From Mantamonas sphyraenae STR306 (lineage: Eukaryota; Protista; CRuMs), in NCBI GenBank assembly GCA_026936335.1, contig JAPMXV010000036.1, positions 124,001 through 188,000 of the forward strand: a stretch of DNA of 64,000 nt, in the 5' to 3' direction. Below are positions 33,865 to 44,556 of this stretch, piece by piece; the first letter of the stretch is position 1; each line of letters begins with the position of its first letter. The position numbers were made by a program, and so were the translations under genes. Below the pieces are notes generated by a model, which was given only the letters and a program-made list of their open reading frames with translations, was not told where the DNA came from and did no database searches.

Positions 33865-34471
33865 TCATCGCTTTTCCATTTCCTCAGCCCTCGCCTGCAT
33901 CGCCCGCCGCACCATCCGCGCTTTCTCTAGCTTGTGAATCGACTCTGTGACCTGCCCAGCCACATGCTGTCCACTGTATACATGTGTTGAATGTGTTGAC
34001 GCACTTCCACCCCGGTTCACTTCGATTTGCTTCATGTCTGACCGTGGCACGCCCACACGAGTCACTACCGCCGCAGCGTTGCCCTCCCGCTCCTCTCCTG
34101 CGTCCAGCAAAGCACTTCCCAAGCCCTTTGCACTCACTCCTCGCCGCAACTCGCTTCGCATCTCCTGTAGCTCGCTCACACCCTCCTGAAACTCCCTCCG
34201 AAGCTGCAAACGGCCAGGTCAGCGCCAACCGCGACTCGCCAACGCGCCCCCCTGCATCCCACGCCTCTCCATCTTCCGAAAAGCTCACCTCGTCCAGTTG
34301 CGACTCCTTTGCGAAACGCTGCAGCATCGCCCGCGTCGACTGTACATACCCTACGGCCCTCCCCACCGATCGCCCCACAAGATACGCAATGCGCGGAAGC
34401 TGCTGCGGCCCCACAACCACAACCGCCACCCCAGCTGTCAGCACAACTTCCGTCACACTCAAGTCAAACAT
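33865..34471 (-). CDS. tatB: Mitochondrial TatB-like twin-arginine translocase subunit
   Basis: MFDLSVTEVVLTAGVAVVVVGPQQLPRIAYLVGRSVGRAVGYVQ matches the TatB pattern (MFD..E..TMH-GP..LP-amphipathic helix), with GRA.GYVQ as in plant mitochondrial TatB. Intron 34288-34204. Confidence 0.8.
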
Positions 34472-34547
34472 CCATGCGTGCCCAACTCTTTGTCCACACG
34501 ATGTTTCCCCTGCCCGTGCCCGTGCACAACAAACGCCACCATCCCAC

Positions 34548-37226
34548 ATGTCCAAGCGCACCCCGTCGCCATCCAACACATCCATATCCACTGCCTCCAC
34601 TGCCCCAAAACGCATGCGTGTCGATGACACCCTCACTCGCTTCAGCGACGTCGCCATGTACGCAATCTGCCCGCAAATAGGTTTGCTCCAAATCACCGCT
34701 CACACTTGACTCGATCCTGACACCACACACTCATCCAGCAATTCTCCAGACCCATCCACCGTTTCCCTCACCATTACACCCACCACATCCACCTCATCTT
34801 CATCTTCATCTTCATCTTCATCCTCATCTTCATCTTCATCCTCATCCTCATCCCTCTCCTCAAAGACGAGCACCCAGATCCCTCTCACGCCCGTGTCGGC
34901 AACCCCAAGCAAGTACATTGTCGCTGTGGCTGAAAACAAAGGTGGTGAGGTCGGCATGGCTGCCATCGACACTCGCTACCCGTGCCTCGAACTCTTTTAC
35001 CACGCGGATTCCATCAACACCTATGCACTGACTCTGACTCGCTTGCACAACCTCAACCCGGCCGAGATCCTCCTTAGCAGCACAAACACCCGCAAATCCA
35101 AGCGCTCCGACTCCAGCTCCGCCTCGACCGCCGATTCACAGCTCACACGCACCATTCGCCAGGCCCTTGTTTCCTCCACCACCTCCAAAACCAAGCTCGT
35201 CATGATTGCCCGCATGCACTACAACGACTCCAAGGGGCTCCTCTACGTCCGCTCGCACAGTGCCCAGGATGTGGACCTCCTTGAACTCGAGCATTCCAGC
35301 AAATACTTGTGCCTGGCAGCAACACACGCCCTCATGACCTATCTCGAGTACGAGCACCACCTCGCATTTGCGCGCCACTCCCTCAAGGTCGTCTACTGCG
35401 GCATCCAAGGTCATATGATGCTCGACACCTCGTCCATTGTCAACCTCGAATTGCTGGCCAACCTGCGTAGCGGCAAGACTCAACACTCGCTGTTCGGTCT
35501 TCTCAACCGCACCAAAACGCCTGCCGGTGCAAAGTTGCTTCGCTCAAACATCGTCCAGCCACTCGCCGATGAGAGCAGCATCCGTATGCGTCTCGACTGC
35601 CTTGATGAGCTCCTCAACGACGAAGGTCTCTTCCACACCTGCCAGGCCTCTCTCGCCGCCTTTGCCGACATGGACCGCATCCTCAGTGCCCTTGTCAACA
35701 TCCACACGGGAAATCAGGTGCGTCACGCCGTCCAGGGCATCCAGAACATCCTGTGCCTCAAGCAGAACCTCGAGTTGCTGCCCACGCTGCACGAGGCAAT
35801 CGCAGACTGCCACAATCCCCTTCTCCAGGCCATGGCCGACAACACCGCACACCCGTCCTTTGACCATCTGCGCAAGCGCATCGACGAGGTCATCAACCCA
35901 GATGCAGGCTTGTCCACCTTTCTTCTTCGCAAGAAGATGCAGCAATGTTTTGCCGTGCGCACCGGAATCAACGGTCTCCTCGACGTTGCACGCCGCACCT
36001 ACAGCGCCACATGCGAAGAGATCTTCCAACTCTCTCAGGACCTGTCTGAACGTCTGCAGTTGCCCGACCTGCGCCTCGCCTACAATGCCAAACGCCATTT
36101 TCACCTGTCGTGCGCCGCGCCGGCCGGGGATCTTTCCCTTCCCGAGGAATGCGTCCAGGTCTCACGCCAACGCAAACGCATTGTGTTTTCCACTGAGCAG
36201 CTCATTTCGCTGTCCAACCGCAACACAGAGGCCATGGAGGAGGTGTTCTTGCTGGCCAACAAGGTGGTCGAAGATCTCGTCGCCACGATCCGCAAAGACA
36301 TCGGACCGCTGCACAACCTCAACGAAAGCATCGCCTTGCTCGACCTCATGGTTTCACACGCTGCGTTCGTGTCGACCAGCAACGAGTACGTGCGGCCTGA
36401 GGTCACGGCCGACGGGCCCATTGCCATCCGCCTGGGGCGACACCCCATCATGGAGGTCATCCGGGCGCAGCAGTTTGTGGCCAACGACACGTACATGGGC
36501 GACACGAGCAACTTCCAGCTGCTTACCGGACCCAACATGGCGGGCAAGTCGACCATCCTGAAGCAAATCGGCCTCATTGTCATCTTGGCCCACATCGGAT
36601 GCTACGTTCCTGCAGCGTATGCTTCCATCCGCATCACCGACCGCTTGTTCACTCGCGTGGGCACAGGGGACAGCATCGAAAACAATTGCAGCTCGTTCAT
36701 GCTGGAGATGAAGGAGATGGCCTACATTGTGGAAAACACCACCGACCGCTCATTGATTCTGGTGGACGAGTTGGGACGCAGCACGAGCCTGGGCGATGGA
36801 TTTGGCATTGTGTTTGCCCTGAGCGAGTACCTGCTCAGCTTGCGTGCGTACTCCCTCTTTGTCACGCACATCGAAGACATGGAGCTTCTGGGCCGCCTGT
36901 ATGCAAACGTGCGTCAGTTTCAGGTGCTGGTTCAGATGGCCAACCATGGAGTGGTGTACCAGCACACCCTGGCCCAAGGCTTTGCCAAGAGCAACGAGGA
37001 TGCGATCTGGTGGCTGTGCAAGGTAGCCGGTCTGCCTGCGTCGCTCATGGACCATGCCAAGAGCGTGCTCCAGGACATCGAGCAGGTGCGTGCAAGCGTG
37101 CGCTCTGCTGAGGCCAACAAGGCCCTGTACGATGTAGCCCAGCAACTGTTGAATCTGCGCAACTCGAGTATGGCTCCCGAGGCCATGCAGACGTACCTGC
37201 GCACGTTGCGCAATCGCCTGCGATGA
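34548..37226 (+). CDS. MSH4: Meiosis-specific MutS homolog 4
   Basis: IVAVAE..GEVGMAAID, SKYLCLAA..LMTYLE, QCFAVRTGINGLLDVARRTY, Walker A GPNMAGKST, SSFMLEM, DELGR. No mismatch-recognition domain I. Probable first exon 34548-34657 and intron 34658-34738. Confidence 0.92.
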
Positions 37227-37297
37227 AGCGGTGACCGAGAGGGGAGGGACTGTGGTGGATCGAGTGCAAACACATCCATTTGCCAGCCGCCCTCTGT

Positions 37298-39639
37298 TCA
37301 TAGCGTCTCCTCGGGGCCATCGGCATTCTTGGCCATGTGCCACCTCAGCAAGGCAGCGCTGGCGTCAGCAACACCCATTTTGTTCAAGGCAGCCACCAAG
37401 CGCATGGCAAAGGGGTCGTCACCTCGCTGGTCGCGCACCATGGCGGCCAGGAGGCGGAGGTACACGTGTTGAGGCAGAAGTTTGCCGTCGTGGCGGGCCT
37501 CCCACTCGCGAAGGGCATCCATGCACTGTGCACCAAGGCCAGCCTGTCGTAGCCCTTGACCAGAGTGTACACGGTTGTGCTGTCCCATTGCAAGTCAAAC
37601 TGCTGCTTGGCGATTCGCAGCAACTGTTCCGCGTCGTCGACACGCCGCTGGAGCAGCAGACCGTGCAGCACAATGTTGAGCGAGTCTGTGCCCGGCTGCA
37701 CGCCCGACTCTGGCATGAGCTGGGTAAAGGTGTGCAGGGCCTGCTCGGGCAGACCACCCTGCAAACACAGCTGGAGCATGGGATTCCAGGAGAGGCGATC
37801 CGGTGTGACGCCGGCCTTGGCCATCTGTTCAAACGTGGTCATACCGGGCACGGGCATGTTGTGACGAGCACATCCCTTGAGGAGACTGTTGAACGTGACC
37901 CTGTCCCCAAACACACCCCGAGCCTGCACGAGCTTGATCCACACGGCAAAGATGCGCTTAAACGCAGCGACATCTTCCTCAGCACAGGCGTTTATGTGCT
38001 GGTTGAGCACACGCACAGCCACGGCCTGGGACTGGCTCTCAAACAGGGCTTCCAGGGTGTGTGCGAGCAGCGTCGTGCTGCGTGGCTGCCGCACCAGCAG
38101 GCCCGCAAGGGCGGACAGGGTGTCTGCCGTGTGTGTGGTAGGATGGGACATGAGCACGGGTGCAATGCGCATGGCATGCTTCTCCGGACGCATGCGAGCA
38201 GTCTTGAGCAGGGCCTTGGCAGAGACGGGATTTGGACGCACACGGGCGACCTTGCGCAGGTGTTCAATGGCACGCAGACTGGTGTCCATGTCGCCATGTT
38301 CTGCACACGCGGACAAGAGCACGTTGAGAGTAACGGCGTTGGGTCGTGCAGGTGCACACTGGCGCAAGAGGGCGTCCAGGCCGTCGAGAAGCTGTGCGGG
38401 GGATTGCATGGTGCGCCGCTGCACGCCCAGCAGTCCATTGAGGGTATATACATCGGGTTGGATGGATTGGGACTGCATGAGATCCAACCAATGGTGTGCT
38501 CGTTCGAGGGCATGGTGTGGGTCCTTGAGCGTGGCACAGCCCGCAATGAGGGTGTTGAAGCTGATGCGGTCGGGCTTGAGGTGTGTGTGTGTGCGTTGTA
38601 GCTGCATGAGGTCATCCAGCAGTGCCTCTGCAGCACGCATGTCACCCGAAGAGGTGGATGAGGCAGCAGAGGTGGCACGCATGAGTGCGTTGTAGGCACT
38701 GACCACGTTCCGTGCGGCACGTGCGGCGTTGGAGAGTCGCACGTCGCCATGCAACAGTTGCTTGCGCAGATCCAAGAGACTGGCATGCGCATGGACGAGA
38801 TCACCCTGTTCAATGGCCGCATGGACCAGGTTGGCATGCACGTGTGCACTGGGGGCAATGCGCATGTCCTGCATCAGTTGGGTGGCCTCGTCCAAACCAC
38901 GTCGTGCTCGGATGCGAACCATGGCGGCGTACGTAAAGGCGTCGGGAGTGTCCACGTGGGCAAACACCTCATCGGCCATGTGGTTGGCCACACACGGTGA
39001 CAGGCAATAATGATGTTGTTGTTGTTGTTGGTGGTGGTGGTTGGAGGAGGAGGAGGAGGAGGCGTGGTGGGATTGGGTGGTGGAGTAGCAGGTGGTGGTG
39101 CTGGCATGGGCAATGCCATTCAAGAGGGTGTTGAGCACAATGGTGTTTGCCTGTGGGGTGGGTGAGGGCAGAGGGATCTTGGCCCCACGTTGTGGATAGT
39201 ATCCACGTTGCATGCCACGCACCACGCCATACGCACGTGGCACATCGCCACTTCGACACAGAGCCTTGACCAACGTGCCGTACGTAGCCTCGTTGGGTGT
39301 CACCTGTTCCCCAGGCAGCATCCTCTCGGCAAACAGCGCCTGGGCTAGATCCGCTCGCCCATCTCGTGCACACCTGTTCAGCACCATGTTGTGCGCATAC
39401 ACACTGGAGGCCAGAGGAGAGTGTGGTTCAGAGGACAATTGACGACGAAAGTGGGAGACCACTCGTCCTGCATGTCCCTTGGCCAGGCATTCGTCCACAA
39501 GCTGCTGCACGCTCTTGGGTGCCACTTGTTGTTGATCGGCCAGCAACTCCTCCGCCGCCGCCGCCTGTGCCATGGACGTCGTCGACAGCACACGCACAGT
39601 GGCCCAGGGCACCACTCTATGGCCCTTTCTCGTCAGCAT
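37298..39639 (-). CDS. Pentatricopeptide-repeat protein, probably mitochondrial
   Basis: Many PPR motifs (PNEATYGTLVKALC, PDRISFNTLIAGC, PDVYTLNGLL, VTFNSLLKGC). Arg-rich N-terminus. One missing G at ~37553 restores the C-terminal ORF 37298-37588. Confidence 0.85.
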
Positions 39640-39829
39640 GGCTGCCCACCAGGTGCCGGGTGTGTGTGTGAGTGACAAACAACGGATGCTGCGGCGGAGG
39701 ATGCGCCCATGCGCAACACAGCCATGGCTCAGTATCCTTAGAGGGTCTTCGTTTGGCCACACCCCATCTTCACCATGGACGGAAAGCAGAGGACACAGGG
39801 AGCGAGGGCACAAGCACAGTCAACACGCG

Positions 39830-40296
39830 GGCAGCCACACGGGAGAGGGGAGGGGTGGGTGGGTGGCGGACGCGTGTGCAAAGAGCGGAGAGCGCGAAAC
39901 CCCTTGACGCCAGTGCCACAGGGCAAAGGGCCAATGCTCCGATCCCCACACACCCACAGGGAGTGTGTGGAATGGCGTGTGCATGCTATGGCACCGCATA
40001 TAGCAGCCGAGTGTGTCGCAAGGCGACGCACAAGGCCGCCGACGAGTGTTGTCGCATGGCGCACATGTGCCCCAGGGCCTTTTCGGAGAGGCAGTGGAAC
40101 ATACACATATGGGAGCACAGCACCAGGGCTCGGTGGCCAGAGAGGACACACAGCAAGAGAGACGGAGGCAAGGATTGGACAATCACCGCAAGGGATGGTT
40201 GTCACTCCTCCGGCTGCTCCGTGCTGTGCTCCCTGCGGCTGCCAAACCGACTTTTTCAAACTGGGGACGGGTGATCGACGGGTTTCCTCAGCAGCC
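39830..40296 (+). ncRNA. Candidate structured non-coding RNA of unknown class (boundaries approximate)
   Basis: 13-bp perfect stem 40111-40123/40221-40233, nested GCAA-tetraloop hairpin, several further hairpins whose wobbles are G-U only on the + strand, and a T5 run at 40252-40256. Confidence 0.45.
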
Positions 40297-40656
40297 CACA
40301 CAAGCACATGCACACACTTGTCCACTACACACACACACACACACACTCTCTCTCTCTCTCTCACCAACCAGTGGTGGAGCGACCTTCACGCTTGTTGTTT
40401 TGCCCTTGTGCACCACACACACTCCCTGCTTCACACGTCACGCTGTCTCCCAACACCAGAGGGTGCAGTATGTGGTGTGCCTCGGTTCTTTTCCTTAATC
40501 ATCACAGCCACAGGTGTGGGGGGGGGACACAGCGGGAACACACTCACATCGTTGGTTTGGGCTGGATTCCATTTCGCGTCGTTCTCACAGCTCGCGTCCA
40601 CACACACAGCTCCACACAATGTCCATCATCACGACGCACCCTCTCCCCTCTCGTCC

Positions 40657-42997
40657 TTACTCCTTGACGTCGATGTTGTGGAAGCCAATCTTGGCTTGCT
40701 CCTGCTGCTGGACGTCGACCTTGACGGCACCGCTTGCCACGCCACCGGCCGAGACAGGACGACCCATGGGCACAGCCTGAGGTTGAGCGGTGTTGGCAGT
40801 GACAGGGGCAGCCTGGGCGGGGCTCTTTGTGGAACCACGTGAGGAGGCACGGGAGGAGGCGCCTGCCTTGCGTCCGCTGCGTTGGCTGAGCACCTCTTCC
40901 TTCTGCTCGTCGGTGAGCATGGCAAGGTCGTCGGTGGAGACAAGGGCCGATCGGAAGAAGAGTAAGAGGATGATAAAGAGGGTGAACACCACACAGATGG
41001 TCACCTGGGTTTCCGTCATGCCAAACACAGAGTTGAGCATGTCCACACAGAACGCCTCCTTGATGTTGGTGAAAATCGTCAGTGCATACTTGCACGTCAA
41101 CAAATCGTCCAGATCCCGCTTGGCGTCACGCAACGAGCTGAGGTCGTTGCGAAGCCGGATCACCGTGGGATCCGTGTCGGGATTCGAGGCCTGGGCAATC
41201 GCCTCGTCCAACGCCGTCTGCGTGCTGTTGATACTCAACTCCACGAAATTGAGCATGCTCTTGATCACGGCAGAGTCCACACACGAGACCACCACACTCA
41301 GGGGCGAGCCGCGAGGGGCACCCTCCTTGAGGGTCTTGTCCAGGGCGTAGCAAAAGTCACCCAGGAAGAAGCTGGTGGGCACATGGATAATCAGAGCCAG
41401 CCAGCACAGCACCAGACCAATGTACATGGCCACAGCCATAATAATGGCAATGAAACGCGCGGTCTTCCAACGGAAGTAGCCCAGCACGACGGCGGCAAAG
41501 CCCAGCAGGGAGGCGGCAATGGCAAAGTAGTAGCCCAGGTTCATGAAGATCAAGCGATAGTTGTCAAAGCTCAACAGCTGTTGTTCTGTGTTGCCAAACA
41601 ATGTCAACACACTGCCCATAGCCGATACAAGCGCACCCGCAGGATTGGTTCCCGTGGCGTTGCGCAGTGTGCTCGTGCCGGTCTCGATCTTCTGCGTGGT
41701 GCCCTTGACACGCTCCAGCTCCTGCGTCACCGCACGGAATGCCTTGCTGATTGCCACCTGGAAGCTGGCATTCGCTGCAAAGCCCACCGAGGAGGACACC
41801 CTGGCATGGATTGAACGTGCGCGTGTGTGTGTGTGTCAGTCGCTGTGGGGAAGAAAACGGTTTCGCACAGAAAGAAACGGATGTGTGGACGGTTCTGGGA
41901 TCCAACGCCGCATTTTTTTGGCGCCAACACCCATGAGCCCATGGTGGACAACGTACAGGACAGCAATTCCACCGGCAATGAGGATGGCGTAGACAATGAA
42001 GCGCAGACGGTTCTTTCGCTCTGCCTTTTTGTGTGCAGACATGCGCTCCTCGTCGGTAGGTTCGGCGTCTTTGGCGCAGCAGCAGCGGCAGCAACAGCAG
42101 AGACACGTGAAGATGGCGCCACAGCACTTGCCACAGATCTTCAGCGCGATGAACATCACGCCGTAGATGATGGTCAGCACGAAAAAGATGATGGGCAGCA
42201 CCGCGATGATGAACAGACTCTGTGTGGGAGTGTAGGAGCCACACTTGTCAGTTGTGGGATTTTCAAACGGTCCACGCTGCTGCGACGAGCACGGTTGTCC
42301 GGGACCTGCACCCAGCTGGCAGAGGTACACAATGCACCATGCACAGCCACAAGGGGGGAAAGGTCAATGGCATGGCAAGGGCCTCATGGCCATGCAGACA
42401 GTCATGCATGCAAGGAACACGGAGAATGGGGCGGCAAACACAGAATTTTGGGGGCTGAGGCTGCAACGCACAAAGATGTAGTCTGGGCTCAGGGAGAACT
42501 CGGCCTTGTAAGGCACAAAGGCACCGTTGCGGAAGGTGTAACGCGGGGTGTCATGGATGGTCTGCACGGCGTTCTGGTTGACCTGGCCGGGCGTCTGCAG
42601 AAGGTGGCGCTGGTTGTTGGTGGCCGAGGCAGAAGCCGGGAACAGCCGGTCTGCAATGCGGCTCACGGGACTGTGGCCCCCAGAGGCAGTAAACACGGGC
42701 TGCTGGTCTGTAGTATGCGTGGGTGGAATAGTCGTGGGGGGAGGAGGGAGGGAGGGAGTGTGTGTGTGTGTGTGTGTGTGTGTGGGGGTATCATGTGGGG
42801 GGGGGGGTGGTGTGAGTGTGTGTGTGTGTGTCAATGGAAGCTTCTCGTTTCCCGGGAACAGCCTGATGGGAGGACATACCCTCATGCATGATATACGAGG
42901 TGGCACACACCAACACCATGCTGGCCATAAACAGCACGTGGAGCTGCTTGTTGCGTCGTCGCTCTTTCGAGCGCTGGCAGGCGGCTTGAGTGAGCAT
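40657..42997 (-). CDS. TTYH: Tweety-family (TTYH-like) membrane protein
   Basis: TM1 followed by a Cys cluster (CLCCCCRCCC), TM2 ..VGFAAN, W..FLGDFC, LLTC..AFC.D before TM5 (Tweety pattern). Three introns. Confidence 0.75.
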
Positions 42998-43159
42998 TCC
43001 TTGCAGGTGCGTTGGCTGCGATTGCGGGAGAGATGGATGGGCAACACAGCACAGAATCCACAGTCACTTTGGGTTTGATGGAATCCTGTCTGTGTGTGTG
43101 TGTGTTGTGTGTGAACGTGTGTGTGTGGCATGCCCCCGTTCAGCAATCCAAACACAGAG

Positions 43160-44437
43160 ATGGTACTCGCTCCCCCCCCCTTCACCTTCCACCCTGCGTT
43201 TGTTCCCCTCTCACACACTCACTTCCCCCCCCTCACCCCCCCTTCCCACCCACAGTCGTTCCGATCGAGCTATCTGTCGACGCTGGGTGTGCAGCGTCAT
43301 GAGCAGCACGAGTGGAAGGAGATCCTACACGGGGACAGTGTCAACGCCCACCAGGTGCTGCGTATATGTCTCAACACACCACCATCCACCCAGGATTACC
43401 TGACTGTATGGTCGGTGGCCCTGGGTGTCCTCCCATCCTCACCCTCCAGCTGGGATTTTGTCCGGGAGCAAAAGGCAGAAGCATTCGAGCTGCTGCAACG
43501 CACACAGGACCTGCTCAGCGACAAAGACGAAGAGCCCAGCAGTGGCAGTGGTGGTGGTGGTGAGCAGCAGCAGCAGCAGCAGCAGCAGGAAGGGATGTAT
43601 GATACCATCAGTAGTGTAAAGTATGCAGAGGGGTTGATGACACAGAATGACTCGACGGCGTCGGTGGAGAGTTCGGTGAGTGTGAGCAGCACGGGGAGCA
43701 GCAGCAGCGGATCGGGCGGGGCATCGTCCACACTTCGCAAGCTCCTGCAAACCAAGCAGGAGGAGGAAGAGGAGGCACAGGTGGAACGGTTGTATCAATT
43801 GTGGGTGTTGCGAAGGCATCTGGAGGCGTACAGCACGGGAAAGTTGTACGAAGAGGCAGGGGGGGAGGAGGAGGAGGAGGAAGGGGAGCAGGAGCAGCAG
43901 CAGCAGCAGGGAGCACGTGCACATGGGGATGTGCTTGTGCTGGGCATGTTGTTTATCCATCATTACGAGGAGGAGTGGGAACAGTATGCGTGTGTGGCAC
44001 GCGTGTTGGAACTGCAAGGGTCGCAGGGACAGAGGGAACGCCTTGCACGCAGTGCCCAGGTCATGGACGCATTGGTGGAACAGCACGACAGCGAACTGGC
44101 ACATCACATCCAATCCCTGGGCCAAAAGGTGTCTTCGTTGGTGCACAAGTGGCTGCAAACCATGCTGAGCAACCTGTTTCCGCCGCAACGCAGCAACACA
44201 CACACCGACCTGGATGCCCTTCGCTACTGGACCCTCCTTCTTGTACATATTGGGGCAAAGGGCACCAAAGGCTTTGACTTTGTGCCCATGGTCATCATGG
44301 CCGTCCTCAAGAGTCTGCGTGTCTCCTTGTTGCGCATCACCACAGACACTCGTCTCAAGACCTTCTTCACCCTCCGTCTGCCAGACATCAATCGTGACAG
44401 TGTCCTCGACCAGGCTGTCAAGTGGGCAAGTGGGTGA
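43160..44437 (+). CDS. TBC1D7: TBC-domain protein, TBC1D7-like
   Basis: M|SFRSSYL..EIL..VWSVALGVLP resembles the TBC1D7 N-terminus; D.ELAHHI..W..LF TBC motifs. ATG-only first exon, intron 43163-43255. Confidence 0.6.
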   Translation: MVLAPPPFTFHPAFVPLSHTHFPPLTPPSHPQSFRSSYLSTLGVQRHEQHEWKEILHGDSVNAHQVLRICLNTPPSTQDYLTVWSVALGVLPSSPSSWDFVREQKAEAFELLQRTQDLLSDKDEEPSSGSGGGGEQQQQQQQQEGMYDTISSVKYAEGLMTQNDSTASVESSVSVSSTGSSSSGSGGASSTLRKLLQTKQEEEEEAQVERLYQLWVLRRHLEAYSTGKLYEEAGGEEEEEEGEQEQQQQQGARAHGDVLVLGMLFIHHYEEEWEQYACVARVLELQGSQGQRERLARSAQVMDALVEQHDSELAHHIQSLGQKVSSLVHKWLQTMLSNLFPPQRSNTHTDLDALRYWTLLLVHIGAKGTKGFDFVPMVIMAVLKSLRVSLLRITTDTRLKTFFTLRLPDINRDSVLDQAVKWASG

Positions 44438-44556
44438 TGGGAGGAGCAGTGGCGCAGGCAAACCAAATCAAACGCACCCCCTCAACAACCACCCCACACC
44501 CCACACACACCAACCCACACCCAACCCACACTTTGCCATCTCTTCTCGTTCACATC

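Noticed and set aside
40240-40260. RNase P/MRP assignment from CCAAACCGACTT (CR-V-like) or the minus-strand GAAAAAGTCGG
   Set aside because: No matching P4 partner on the same strand in the right order, and G-U polarity favours the + strand where CR-I is absent.
39775-40842. 355-aa + strand ORF over the candidate ncRNA
   Set aside because: No domain, atypical composition, runs through (CA)n/(CT)n tracts and overlaps the Tweety gene antisense.
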